DNA from: Asterias rubens
Taxonomy: Eukaryota
Direction: 5' to 3'
DNA: 64,000 nucleotides
Assembly (NCBI RefSeq): GCF_902459465.1
Contig: NC_047082.1
Coordinates: forward strand, 1,364,001 to 1,428,000
Shown here: positions 30,199 through 49,494 of the stretch, in pieces
Numbering within the stretch: the stretch's first letter is position 1
How the letters are laid out: each line of letters opens with the position of its first letter
The notes under the pieces: model-generated
Seen by the model: only the letters and a program-made list of their open reading frames with translations
What the model was told of the DNA's origin: nothing
The model's database searches: none
Translations under genes and position numbers: made by a program

Positions 30199-30575
30199 AG
30201 ACACTGGACACTATTGGTAGTTGTCAAAGACCAGTCTTCTCACTTGGTGTATCTCAATGTATGCATAAAATAACCAACCTGTGAAAACTTGAGCTTGATT
30301 GGTCATCTGAGTTGCGAGATAACCATGAAAGAAAAAAACACCCTTGTCACACGAAGTTGTGTGCTTTCAGATGCTTGATTTCGAGACCTAAAATTCTAAA
30401 CTTGAGGTCTCGAAATCAAATTCGTGGAAAATTATCTTTCTCAAAAACTACGTCACTTCAGAGGGAGCCGTTTCTCACAATGTTTTATACTATCAACCTC
30501 TCCCCATTACTCGTTACCAAGTAAGATTTTATGGTAATATGTATTTTGAGTTATTACCAAAAGTGTCCACTGCCT
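30199..30575. mobile_element. Kolobok-type MITE, family A
   Basis: TTAA|AGACACTGGACACTATTGGT ... ACCAAAAGTGTCCACTGCCT|TTAA. Confidence 0.8.
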
Positions 30576-30992
30576 TTAACTTGAAATTGAATCTCTCTTT
30601 CTGTTCAATTTAAACAAAATTGTACATAATACATGAATTGAACCAATGCCATCACACACAATCAACATAGACACTGCGTACATAGATGCCATTCAATAAA
30701 ATGTTTGAACACTAAAAATTCATGAATGGCATGATTTTACAGGGGATGATTAATTTCCCACAAGAACAGTGGAAATAAATAATTGCTTTAAAATCTAAGC
30801 ATATGATGGCTGGCTGAAACTCGGTCAGTGCCGTGAAAATCTGATGCTAATAACCAAGCCATAATTTATTTGCAATGAAAGGAAATGTTAAAGGTAGATT
30901 GATGCATTAATGACATTTGAATGGGTGGGTACAAAACCCAATGCAACGAAATACAACGATTGATTCAGTTTAGAGTTTAGTCAAATGTACAA

Positions 30993-31048
30993 TTAGGGTT
31001 AGGGTTTGGGTTAGAGTTAGGGCAAGTGTGGGATTAGAGTTAGGGTTA
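30993..31048 (+). repeat. Degenerate TTAGGG-like simple repeat
   Basis: TTAGGGTTAGGGTTTGGGTTAGAGTTAGGG...TTAGAGTTAGGGTTA. Confidence 0.7.
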
Positions 31049-31140
31049 TGAAGATCATAATGAAATCAGTAACTCCATGGAAGCATTACAAATTAGATTA
31101 AAAGAGAAAACAAAAACTGGCTCATTAAATAGCATTCAGA

Positions 31141-31570
31141 AATACCCCAGACAGTTTCTCTACTCCTCTTGGTGGAAAGCGCGTCACGTGGGGGTGTTTA
31201 AATGGTCGATAATCACCAGTGTTTATGACCGGCTGGCTTCTGCGTGTCTGTGCGCAAGACTATCACGCGGAGTGCGCCATTCATAGCTATGTAACAGGCG
31301 TAATCTATTTCTAAGCGCGGGCGTGTGTACACACAACCACCGCGCAACCATTATATTACTCTTCACAAAGTTTTGGGGAAAAAATATTTAAAACCTTGAA
31401 TTTTCAACTCAAGTGTCTGTAATTGTATTTTTTTAACGTTTTTTTAAACAAAAGAACAGGGTCGTTATCACACGACAATTCAACCCTGCCGGTTTTAAAC
31501 GGCCATGTAAGAACTCGTCGCTGCCCTTTTATTCCCTTGTAGTATTTGTGTGTAAAGATGGGTCTTGAAT
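31141..31570 (+). repeat. Unclassified interspersed repeat (about 430 bp), copy 2
   Basis: Homologous to 8215-8662 in the opposite orientation. Confidence 0.75.
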
Positions 31571-32145
31571 ATATTGTTGTAATTGTGAAGGACTCTTTTT
31601 AGCCTTCAAAATTATTTTGTGCATTTGTTGTTATTTCACCACACATTTTTGTTTTATACCAGGATAACCATCATAGGTCTGAAAAACCATAAATTTAGCG
31701 TAAAGTGAACGATGAAAATAATCTTCTGTAGCTGGTTCTCAAAATAAACCTAATTAGAGAGCAAAACAAGCGTAGATGCTGCTCTCTTTATGCACAGGTT
31801 TGTTTTCTTTCTTCGCCAATTTGTCCTCAATGCCCTGTACTAATAATTAGCACCAGTACACAAGGATAAAAATTGCTGTCAACTTTGGATATGCGTGTAC
31901 TACACATGCCTCATCCTAATAATGCGTATTTGCATCATCGGGGAATAGACTTGTGCAGTGCACATGGTGAACTGAAAGAAGGAAGTGTGCTGTACTACTC
32001 TCATTGCACAGTGTGTACTTATTGTGTTTTCTTAAGAACAGTGTGCAAAGTACATTGGCAATACTTGAAGGTTGGATGAGATCAGTTTAGGTCAATATCT
32101 TCTCACAAGGACTTGTTCTGGTATCATTACTTTATTTATCATAGC

Positions 32146-32184
<39 letters not shown>

Positions 32185-32472
32185 CTTAAACCATCAAGGA
32201 CCTTTGTGCTTATTTAACATCCTTTCCAATCTGCCAGTTTTGCAAGATATAATTTCATCACAATATATGGAGGTGCAGTAATGATGATGTTAAAAATGAG
32301 CATAAAATCTGAGTGGTTGTAGAGTTAGTCAAAATCATTGGGTTTGTTGAGAGAACTGAGTACAATTGACCATGTGAGGGCGCTTTGAAAGGCTGAGTTC
32401 CTTGCATCGCATTACAGTTTAATCGCGCATTTTGACTGCCTGTATATTGTTTTCTTGTATCCATGGCCGAAA

Positions 32473-32638
32473 CAGGACTGGAACTTCATCTTTGAAAGGG
32501 CAAGGCCATTTTCATTTTGTAAAGGGTACTTTCATTGGAAAATCTTAAAGTCAATGGGAAACTTTTGAAGGGGCACAAGGCAAAGACCAGGGGCAACACA
32601 TGCCATGGCCATGGCAAGCATGTGAGTTCCCAGGTCTG
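32473..32638. mobile_element. hAT-type MITE (CAGGCCTGGAATTTCA family)
   Basis: CAGGACTGGAACTTCA ... GAGTTCCCAGGTCTG; same body as 1365-1534. Confidence 0.65.
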
Positions 32639-35600
32639 ATTAATTAATATAAATAGTAACAGTTTGAGTAACTCACTGGCATCACAGATTTAAGTTTTAA
32701 ACAAATGATGATAAGCAATTTTCCAAATGGCTGCCATACCTAGATGTTTTTGTTCAAAGGACAAATCTGTGACCGATGGCAATGTAGATGCGGGAGGAAA
32801 ACCCCAAACTGGAAGTGCCAGTTGAAAGAGATGTAGATGTGGATGGTAAACCCCAAACTATGAATGAGGTAGGACTGAAAACCCAATCCACACATTGAAG
32901 AACTGCCAGTCTAGATGTGGCGGAAAACCCCAAAGTGTAACAAATCTGTACACGCATCATCTGGAAAAGCAAATTTATTTCCATCCTGTCCTGATTAACC
33001 CTCCAAAAAACTAATAAAACAGCAATTCGGGGGCCAAGTGGTCCAGAGCATCAAACTGAATGTTCTGTTGGCCAAGTTGTGAGAGTGTGGGTTCAAATCC
33101 TGGTCTCGGACACTTGAGTGCTTGAGACACTCAAACAACACTTGTCAGCACCCAGAAATATCAAGTAAGAGTGCTGTTATTGAAGTGAATGGTTAGCAAC
33201 ATTTGTGACCATTTTTGGCGGTGTTGCATACTCCAAAGGAGTTGAGCTGGTTTCAGGAGTGCTACAATCTACGAACCTTTCACTGAACGACGGTTTCAAT
33301 TAAACTTTCACTGGTTGAATCATGCCTGGAAAATCATGGAGGTCAGGGGGTATAGAGGCCATTGCCTCTGGTGCCTTGGTCTTAGCCTTGATGCCCCTAA
33401 AAGTTACTAAACTACCTTCGTAAAAAGAAAATGGCCTCGCCCTCTCAGTCAAAGATGAACTTCCAATTCTTTGGTTGACATGTGGATTGACTGGGAATAT
33501 GAAATTACACACTTACAAAAAATAGATTGTAGTAAAATTGTAATTCTGCAATTGTAACAGCACTATTCCATTCAAAAAATGCTTGTAAATGCAATTTTGG
33601 AGACCGCAAAATCTTTAAAGCATTTACCATACATAAAATGGAAATCGTCGAGGTATATCGAAGTTTAAAAGCCACAGCCCCAATATTTGACATTTATAAT
33701 AAATAAATCATGTCTGAACAAAGGTTTTAAATCAGGTTTTTAGTACACAATGGGCCTGGGGCAATCCAATAAAGGTTGTGCACAAGGGCATTTGTGGTGA
33801 GGAGGGGGGGGGGGAGATCAAAGAAAGAAACCCCTTGGCTCTACCACAAACCTCAATTTGACAAAATATACTTTTAGATCGAGAAACCATGTATCTGTTC
33901 ACCCAGCTGGTGAATCATAAATCTTTTTTACAAAAAGCCATATCAGTCAAACGTCAACAATCATTTTTAATTTTAAAATGTCTTACTAAACTAAATTTCT
34001 TCAGAGTTTATACCGTCGTAGTACGTGCCACACTTGTACAAAAGACCTAAATTTAATCAATTTCACTTAATAACTCAATAACTGCTAAACTATTTACTCT
34101 CCGACTGTAATAATAGCCGAGGTACAACAACAAAAAACACTGACAAAAATGATCTTTGCACTGCCAATGTATCCATGCAGAACACCCCTCTGGGTTCGGT
34201 AACTGGAACAGCCATTTTTTTCTTCAGTGAGAAATTTTAAGCAATAATCAGACATGGTGAGCTCATGGTGTGCTCATGTATACGTACATGTGTGTGATTG
34301 TGGTAAAGAAAAGCACTATGGGCAGATAATGAGGAAATGCACAATTTATGAAAGTCTACATCTTGGGTTAGTTTACAGAAAACTTGACCAAAGATACTTC
34401 ACATTTTTAATGTAAATTCATTTAATACTCGATCAGTTTCGTTACATTGTAACATATACGATCCGGTCAAAAAGTAAAATTATCACAGCGTAGCGTATGC
34501 AAATTTCATAACTGCTTCCCCCCCCCCCCCACAGTAGGTATTGGTTAAAACACAAATCCTGCTACAGTTTTGTCTTGAAAAAAACAGTGGCAAGTGTTGA
34601 ATAAAAAAAGAATATCAAATCATGACCATTGTACAAAACTCTGTTTCAATGCATGCAAGTAAACTGTATAGCCTGTGTATGGCCTACAAGATTTGAGCCT
34701 TCACGTGGAACACTTATGTGAAGAAGTACGTTCTGTTATAGGGGCACTTTGGGACACTTTATGTAGTGATGACAACTGCGCTTTCAGGATACATGTAATT
34801 ATATCTGGGGTACATGTAAGTCAATTCATCACGCGCACGCGCGTGTATGCATTTGCTTTGCACGTGCGCAATTTTTGCTATAACACCGATCTCAAAGTAG
34901 CTAAAAATTGTTGCTGTGTAAATTTTTTAACCAAACTCACTGGCATTATAGTCTATGATAGGATCTGCTACGCGTTGAAGCCAGAGCGTGAGTGTGTGCA
35001 TGGGGGAGGGGGGGGGGGGCAGGGGGTTTGTCATTATAGGCTGACGCTAGGATAGGTTAATGAGGGGACTGACCACACTTGTTGAAAACAACTTTGCAAA
35101 TTTGTATGAAGACCATGTATAAATGCATGTACACATCCTGAAACCACATAGGGCTCTATATCATGCATTGTACATTAGACCATGATTAGACTCAATACAT
35201 TTCATCAGCAGGAGTGCTACGTATGTTAACTACATGTAACCTATCACTGCCCAGTGTGTGACTACTTGGATCCATGCAAGATAAAACAAAATTGCCAGTT
35301 CTAAATAGCTGGGGGTGGATGGAGGTGGGGTGGGGTGGGTTGATGAGGCCGGGGGGGGGGGGGGGTTAGTGGGATGGAGGGAGGTGGGGGTTCATTTTGG
35401 TGGTGGGGGCGGCTTGGTACAGATTTTACAAATATAGGACTGTTTTTTTTATTACAAAGTCACAAATCATATGAGTGCTAGAAAAGTGCTAGCCTACCCC
35501 CACCCCCTCCCCAACCACCTAACTACAATGCCCCCCCCCCCAATAACTGCAGAACTGTTACAAGGAAACAGATAATATGCCAAGCATCAGTTATAAAGCA

Positions 35601-36121
35601 CTCTCTTGGAAAGGTAAAAAGGTCAAAGTTCAAGGACAAGATCATTGTACCAGATTAGTAGTGTGTAGCACAGCTAATTTAAAGATAAAAGTCCTAAAAA
35701 ACTAGAACATACAACAAGAAATAGTTGGTCCAGAAAACCAATAAAGGATCACTAATTAATTAGTAAAAACAAAAATTGAAAAAAATCTTTAAACTGACAC
35801 GTCACCTTCAGAAACTGGATTAAGTTCCAAGAAAAGAGATTAATTTAAGAAAATATATTTCTTTTGTGAAAGAGTTATTGAAGTGTACTATGTAAAGTTT
35901 AAGTGCGTGACCCTACTTTCAATTTAGCGTGTCTCTACTAAACTATACATCCAGAATATGCCCCAAGTTTTTGATTTTTTTTTTCACAGTTTAATCTTTC
36001 GCAAGAATTTACTTGACTATAATGATAAGATTCTCTTCAGATTATTAGTAAAATTATGGTGTTCTTTAATTCCTGTAAAAAAAGTTTATAGGTGTAGGAT
36101 ACAAGACGCTATCGGCATTAA

Positions 36122-36500
36122 AGGCAGTGGACACTATTGGTAATTGTCAAAGACTAGCCTTCACAGTTGGTGTATCTCAACATATGCATAAAATAACAAA
36201 CCTGTGAAAATTTGAGCTCATTCGGTCATCGAACTTGCGAGATAATAATGTAAGAAAAAAACACCCTTGTCACACGAAGTTGTGTGCGTTTAGATGGTTG
36301 ATTTCGAGACCTCAAGTTCTAAACTTGAGGTCTCGAAATCAAGTTCCTGGAAAATTACTTCTTTCTCGAAAACCATGGCACTTCAGAGGGAGCCGTTTCC
36401 CACAATGTTTTATACCATCAACCTCTCCCCATTACTCGTCACTAAGAAAGGTTTGATGCTAATAATTATTTTGAGTAATTACCAATAGTGTCCACTGCCT
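36122..36500. mobile_element. Kolobok-type MITE, family A (well preserved)
   Basis: TTAA|AGGCAGTGGACACTATTGGTAATT ... AATTACCAATAGTGTCCACTGCCT|TTAA, perfect 24-bp TIR. Confidence 0.85.
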
Positions 36501-36504
36501 TTAA

Positions 36505-36886
36505 AGCCATTGGACCCTTTTGGTAAACAGTATTTTCCAAGTCCAACACTTCGTGTATCACAACTTCTATATAAAATAACAAACCTGTGAAAATTTAGGC
36601 TCAAGCAGTCATCGGAGTCGGGAGAAAATAAAAGGAACCCTCCCTTGTTTCCGCACGTTTCGCCGTGTCATGACATGTGTTTAAAATAAATCCGTAATTC
36701 TCGAATATAGAGAATTGATATTGTTTTACTGTATTCTCAAAAAGTAAAGCATTTCATGGAATAATATTTCAAGAGAAGATTTTCACCACTACCTTCTGTA
36801 AACCCTGTGAATCTGTAAATCTGTAAATATTTGTAAATCTGTGAACTTTTTTTCTTTTTTTTCTGTACCGAAAGGGTCCAATGGCT
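36505..36886. mobile_element. Kolobok-type MITE, family B
   Basis: TTAA|AGCCATTGGACCCTTT ... AAAGGGTCCAATGGCT|TTAA; shares its left TTAA with the family A copy. Confidence 0.85.
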
Positions 36887-37531
36887 TTAAGTCCTGTAGG
36901 AAAAAACCTTACAGGAAATTAATTGTTGATGAAGGTAGCTATCTATCTAGGCTAATTAATGTAAATTTACATTTGTTCATGTTTAGATCGTTCATGTCAG
37001 ACCATGCGAAATAAAGAGTGCAGGTTCATGTACAGGCCTGAAGGACTTTAGCACAGGGAGTTAAATTAATCAAATGCCAGGTTAAATTATGTGTGTTCCA
37101 ATTCTTTATTGAATGTATACATTTCGTATATTTTGTTATATTTAATTCCATTGTTTTATGTTTTGTTGCACATAGATGCGTTATATTTAATGTCTCGAAT
37201 CATATAGATTATTCAATTTAAGGCTATCTTTGCCAATAATTCCTTTATGTGTCATTTTGTTGTTTACAATGCTGGCCTGACCTGATGTCTTCATTCTGGT
37301 CTATATTGCACATTTGTTGACTGTCCTGTGTACCGTCAGACAGTAGTGTTACTAAACCTATTAACTTGTGCTTCAGAGCCATTTTACTACCAAGTGTCTT
37401 GCACACATGTAACTTACACACTCATGGACAGCCCCCCCCCCCCTTTAATACAAGCTTTGTTCTTTTTTTGGGGGGGGGGGGGAACAGAACAGTTTCATTA
37501 ATTTTCCATACTTATTTCTTTAGCCTTTTAA

Positions 37532-37924
37532 ACGCAGTGTACCCTTTTGGTAATTTATCTATGACCATAAAAACTTACTTGATGCCCGAGCACTCAAGAG
37601 CTTGATATTATAAACATTGTGAAAAATGACTCCCTCCGTAGTTTAAGAGAGAGGGGTAATTTTTCACACACAAATTTGAATCTGAGAATAAGCCTTTAGC
37701 CTTTCTCAAGAAAAACACTCTTGTTGCACGTAATTTAATAAGCACACAAATTTGTGCAACAATGAGTGTTTTTCTTTTATTATTTTCTTGCAACTTCAAT
37801 GACCAATTCAGCCCATCAAATTTTCACAGATTTGTTATTTTATGTAGGCCTATGTTGGGAACACCAAGTGAGAATACTGGTCTCCATCTGACAATATTAC
37901 TAAACAGTGACTTGTTCAGGGCCT
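37532..37924. mobile_element. Degenerate Kolobok-type MITE, family A-like
   Basis: TTAA|ACGCAGTGTACCCTTTTGGTAATT ... GGGCCT|TTAA; internal AAATTTTCACAGATTTGTTATTTTATG. Confidence 0.55.
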
Positions 37925-39518
37925 TTAAGGTCTACTGTGTATCAAATAATTATTTATCTTTTATTTTACCATTGACATATTGTCTTTGGTGATTTTGATA
38001 ATGTGGAAAACTGAACACCAATGTGTGATAATCTGGATTCTATAATATGGCAGCTCCACATGACCAGCTGTGTTTGATAGGATTTTAAACACAGTTGTAC
38101 TATGTATAAATAAATAAACACAATAGATAAAAGAATCCCATTTTTTAAATCTGCGTTAGCTGGACAATACAAATATAAATGGTAAATAACAAAATTTGAC
38201 CTTAATTCTTTTGTACACGTCAAATAGGACCATTTGGCATGAATTTTAACTGGTCCACTAGGTTTTTGACTGATCCATTTTATCAAATTTTGTGTACAAA
38301 TTTGAACACGAACGTCCTTTTTTTTTCTCGTCGCTGATTCAATTAAGTGAATTAATACAACAATCAAACTAACTGCACCAAAACGATAGCAACTTAAACA
38401 TGTTTAGAAATTTGTCTAAAAAATATAGGCCCTAATGATTATGTTTGCTGATGGCATTACTTTCTTTTTCACGAATAATGAATAATAAATAGCTCAATTG
38501 GGATACAGGTCATGATGTCAGAGGCAAGTTGCAACTTTTTTTGTTTCCTTTTTTCACTTTTTAAAGTGATAAGCCAGTAGTTGTTTTTTTATGAGTCTGT
38601 CAGCTTTTTCACTTGTCCATTATTTCATATGAAATTTTGATGCTTTTCAACACTGAGCTAGCGTGCCGGACAACTTGGAGAGAATGTTGCGAGGTTCTCG
38701 GGTTTTTTATTGGCATTTGGCGGCCAGGAGACCACTGTTAGAGAAGCACAAGTGCTTTTCAATCGTAGATACAATAACAATTAAGGGACCTTCTGAAGAT
38801 CACATTTCAGATAAGTCTTGCTTTACGAGTAATGATCATAATTTTATTAAGTAGCAATTTGCAAGGCCTAACTTTCTGTAGATTTGTTATTCACTTATTA
38901 TGTTTGAGATGGGGACCCATGTTCGTGAAAAATATGCAACGTTTGATTGTGTGATCTACGAGGGAAATAAATACTGACCAATTGGAGTGCGGGCCAGACC
39001 AATTTAGTACAACAAATTTAATTTCATTTTGTAAAATAGAAAGGTAAACATTTTCCTCATCAGAATTTAAACAACCTTTACTTAAAGTTTTTCCTCTTTA
39101 GATATATTCAAATTTCAAAATTAGTGTTCAACTATAAATTTATGGGACATGGTTTTTCTTATGTTTTAAATCTTTAAATTTGCAACGAATGATCATTTAC
39201 CAGGCGCACTATAGGCCTACAATTAATTACAGTATTTTATTTTTCCCAGCTAAAAAATTAATGGGTAGGCATAATAAATCATTGTCCTGGTGCCCCTTGA
39301 ATTGTTCCAGTACAACATTACACTTCCCTCATAGAGCTGTGCCACGTACTACTTGGAAAAACTGCCTTGCCCTTACAAGAATGATGTGTCAAGTCTGAGG
39401 AAGACTCCATTTTTTTTCTTCAAACAAGTTTTCTTAAAAGCTATAAAATAATGTATTCATTTTGAGTAGGTATGGCTGGAAAGCTTGAAAACAATTAAGT
39501 TAAAAGAACATCTGAATA

Positions 39519-39846
39519 GTTCACAGATTTACAAATAACTTACAGGGTTTACAGAAGGTAGTGGTGAAATACTTCTCTTGAAATATTATTCCATGAAATG
39601 CTTTACTTTTTGAGAAAACAGTAAAACAATATCAATTCTCGTTAACAAGAATTACGGATTTATTTTAAACACATGTCATGACACGGCGAAACGCGCGGTT
39701 ACAAGGATGGGTTTTCCCGTTATTTTCTCCCGACTCCGATGACCGATTAAGCCCAAATTTTCACAGGTTTGTTATTTGATATAGAAGTTGTGATACACGA
39801 AGTGTGGGCCTTGGACAATACTGTTTACCGAAAGGGTCCGATGGCT
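39519..39846. mobile_element. Kolobok-type MITE, family B (one end missing)
   Basis: Reverse copy of 36505-36886 ending CCGAAAGGGTCCGATGGCT|TTAA. Confidence 0.75.
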
Positions 39847-40061
39847 TTAATTCTACAACTGTCCTTCATTCATTTTCATTTCAAGTTTGGTTAGAAAGCC
39901 AAGGACTCTCAGAAACTTAATCACTGAATATGATTCTGTTATGTATTGTAAACATATTGATTTGTTTTATTAACACAAATCTGCGGAAAAATGTTTTAAA
40001 ACAATTAAAATAAAAAATAAAATAATTTGTCAACAACAAAAATCCTAGCTAAGGCTAGGCC

Positions 40062-40314
40062 TAGACCCTGAGACTGAGTAGGGCGCTGTACTCCTTTTCT
40101 TAGAAATTTGTCATTATCAGTCGTACTGGTCGTACTGTGTATAACCGATAATGACAAGTTTTGAAGAAAAAAAAGACTACTGCGCCCTACTCCTAGAACT
40201 ACTTCGGTTTCGTCTCGCTATCGTCTCCCGGACAGGAGATGATAGCGTACGAAACCGAAATAGTTCTAGCAGTAACACTAACAGCGCCCAAGGTATTGGG
40301 TCCAACATGTCTTA
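40062..40314. mobile_element. Putative element containing two adjacent hairpins (40076-40192 and 40193-40269)
   Basis: GAGTAGGGCGC...GCGCCCTACTC and CTAGAACTA.TTCGGTTTCGT...ACGAAACCGAA.TAGTTCTAG inverted repeats; GCTAGGCC at 40054-40061 and 40315-40322. Confidence 0.45.
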
Positions 40315-40770
40315 GCTAGGCCCATCCATGGTTGAATATTCAAGCAAGGTAATTTATTTTAGTTTTACAAGTTTGGTTCAATAATGTCATATTTGGATTA
40401 CTGGCTTCTCTACAATAAAGTTGACAAAATATAATAGTGCGTAGGCCTAACATGGAAAAAGGAAAAGTGCATTTTACCGGCTACGTTCTGACAACATAAG
40501 CTCAGAAACACAATATAGAATGGAGAAAGGAGCCACTAATTATAAGATGTGTAGCGAGGGGTGGCAGAACGGAACCTCCATCCAACAACAAATGAACTAT
40601 AATTTATAAAATTTATGCAAAATGTTATTTATTGTTTATCAAAACTTAATTCAGAAAATATCTCTTAAAAGTTTCCCCTTGATGCCATTGGTGCCATTAT
40701 TAGTGTCCTTATTAATTATACAACAACTCTTTCTGTTTTTGGTTCTTGTTTTTTTTTAGCTTTTCCTTAC

Positions 40771-41150
40771 CTTTTCACACTATCTGTTTCAATTTCACGG
40801 ACGACAAATGCTTCCCAATGCAATTTGTTGTTGATTTTTGAAAGAAAGTTATTTTGTGCACATGCGGCATTACTTTTGAACAACTATTGGGGGCGCCCTA
40901 ACTGTATTTTTTGTCTGCCATTTATTGTAATTTGCATAATAAATGAAAAACATAAATAACCTGAGTTCCCGGATGAGTAAATGTCTCAGACAGGTTTGTT
41001 TTGAATGACGTCATACCCAGGGTCATTCTGTACAGTAAAAATGTCGCAGTACGTCAATTTTCTACAAGGATAGAGCTACGAATTTGTCCGTTTTCTCCAA
41101 AATCGGGCTCTGCCTTTCCGAAGAAGCTCTTAGGGGGCAAGTGTAGGTAT
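40771..41150. promoter_or_regulatory. Candidate (bidirectional) promoter and non-coding first exons
   Basis: CpG-richer patch with ATTTGCAT (40930), TGACGTCA (41006), a minus-strand donor AAG|GTAAGG at 40770 and a plus-strand donor-like GTAGGT at 41143. The PCMTD ATG exon is preceded by acceptors (41984/41995). Motif inference only. Confidence 0.35.
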
Positions 41151-41973
41151 TGTAGATTTTAGCTGTTGTTTGTATTTTGCATTCGCGGTTTAGTTTTATG
41201 TAATTTAAATGTATTTTGTTGGATGTAAACAAAGTTGATTTGTTCGCTTGTTTTGGCTTTTGGTTATTTTTATTTCCCCAGTCTGTGTAGCATACCACGT
41301 AATGACAGAAGAGTATGGGTTTGTTTGTTCGGTTTAGTTAAAACCAGGGAAACATTCATGGAAGGGGGGGGGGGGAGAGGGGATGAAGGGGGAGGGGAGG
41401 GAGGGGGGAGAAGAAATTTGATGATTGTAATGACATGATAATTGTTGGAAATGTAATTATGTTTTCTTATGGGGATCGGAACTGCATCCTCTGTCTGTGA
41501 TTCACAGTCAGACAGACATTCATTGGATGTGTTTTTGTAAGGGAAACATAATTGCAGGTTGCATCACCCGACATTTCCCTACCTAGTCCACAAACTACAC
41601 AAGTGGCCCTGCTTTATGCATGGAGGTATCTACCTCCATCCATGCTTATAACATAGTTGGCTGGGGTCTATACTTATCATAGTGGTCTTGACAACACAAC
41701 CCGCTACACTCCATTTTAAGTTCCTTTCGGGATGAGTGCGCGATAAAAGTTCCGTCTACGCGATAAAATGTTGGCTTGAATTTTCCTTTTTAAAGGTAAA
41801 AATTTAGTGTTTGAGTTACCAGTATCAATTCTTCAACAAGAGGAATATTTAAAAATTAAATTAAAGTCCATCACTTTAATAAAAACATACAACATCTCTT
41901 CATAACCCATGTGATTTTCACTGTAATGTGAATAGACTCTAGATTGACTTATAGTACTGTTCTAATATCTTAA

Positions 41974-47655
<5,682 letters not shown>

Positions 47656-49494
47656 AGTCAGAACATTTGCCAAATTGACTGGGAAAAAAGTTCATTCGAG
47701 AGAAAAATCTCGCCACTTGCAGTTTGAAATGTTCCATAAGAAGGTACTGAAAATCACCGTAGCTTAACTTTCAAACCTAACAACTTAATTTATATCGCCA
47801 TATGTAAAGTTTACATTAAACAATGTGGTACAGACTTTGGTACTGAACCATTTAAACTTGAATTTACTTGTATATACAACTAAAAAGAAAAGATTTATAT
47901 TGTTATGGAATGGTTGTGATGTGAATTTAAAAATGAGCTATACTGTAGAAGACAAAATTGTTCTACATGTATGACATAATTTATTTTCTGCTTAATTCTG
48001 TTTTGTGGTGTTACTTGACCGTGTTAGGAAAAACTAATTACGAGGAAGTAATTTAGAGGTTTGTTGGGTTGAATTTTTTGTATATATGAAACTCTAGGAG
48101 TAATAGGGTTTAAATGGTTTGAGAAGTGTTGAGGTTTTGTAGTTGTTTTTTTAATCTGGCAGCCGTCTTGAATTGCTTAGGAACAAGTCTTTGGTCTTTG
48201 AAAGAAAAAAATGAAACAAAACGAAGCGAAAACTTAGAATGATATTGACTATAAAAGGAGAATTCTCCAAAAGACAGTGTACAAAGCATATATTCAAGTC
48301 ATTTGTCTACAATTTAAACAATCGTACTCTGTAATAAAATGAAGACTTTTGTGCATTCAAAAGTTTTTTAGCAAGTGTAAATGCATTCTGTATATTTCCT
48401 CTTAAAATGCAACAGCGCAACAAAAACAAAGAAAAAGTATCTGAATTCTATGGTGTTGAATTGCTTATCATTCTGTGACAGTGGCTTTGGAAATATTTTT
48501 CTTGAGTGGTTAAGAGTTTTATACATTGTCAATGTTTTAAAGGTGTTATACAGGATTGGTATAAGGATACAAATTGTTGTTAAATTGTAGTCTGTAAGCT
48601 TAATGGTTATGAAGTTTATATTAGAACTATTTTGGTGGCATACTTCCCTCTGAAATGAAGTCATATTTGAGAAAACTGTATTTCAAAAACTTACAAAAAT
48701 ACAGCAGCTGATTTGGGTTGTTACAACCAAAATTAAGATCATTGTGTTGACATGCTGAAAACTGCATGGTTTTTCTCTATGTTCTCCTTGCTCACAACAA
48801 ATTAAGGTTTGTTGTTTTTGTTTTATATATAAATGTGGCTGATCACACAAAACATGAACACTGTTTGCAGCTATTTTGTCAGCTCTACTAACCCTGTAAA
48901 ACACCTTAAAGGATAATGCAGATTTTCCTGTAAAATTCAAAATATGCGAACAAAGGAACCATTATCAAAATGTTGTAAAAAACACAGGAATCACGATTAA
49001 ATAAATATATATGTAACTAAAGTTAACAAAGCTCACTGAAAAGACCGTGCAACTTGTTTATTTTGTTTTGCAATTATGTTGTTTTCTTAGGGCAGGTTGG
49101 GGGAATAGTGGCTTTAATAAACTGACTTTGATGATACAAGCATGGAATTTGGCAAACATTCAGAGTATGCCAGAAAGATATGAACAAGATATTTGGCTGT
49201 AGGGCCACTAGACTTTGTTCTTCTACATAATTACTTTTTTTGTTTTGCCTTAAAGCCAAATATCTTTCTCGTGACATATTTTGACTGTGAGCCAAGTTCC
49301 ATGCGTTGATCATCTAGAGCCATGATCCCACCACCTTCCTGTGGTACTATTTATTTACAACACACTTAGATGATTATTGGCTTTATATTCTTCTTTAGAT
49401 TGTTCCCTTTATAAAATAGAAAGTGCTTCCTGAATATTTCCTACAGAAGTTTAAAGTGAAGACCAGAATTCCATTTTTCCCCAAAGAAAATGAA

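Noticed and set aside
30312-30524. Similar short ORFs at 30312, 36235 and 36294 suggesting a gene family
   Set aside because: All lie inside copies of the same non-autonomous Kolobok-type MITE.
30993-31048. Interstitial telomere or chromosome fusion site
   Set aside because: It is short, degenerate and in a single orientation; such tracts are common in repeats.
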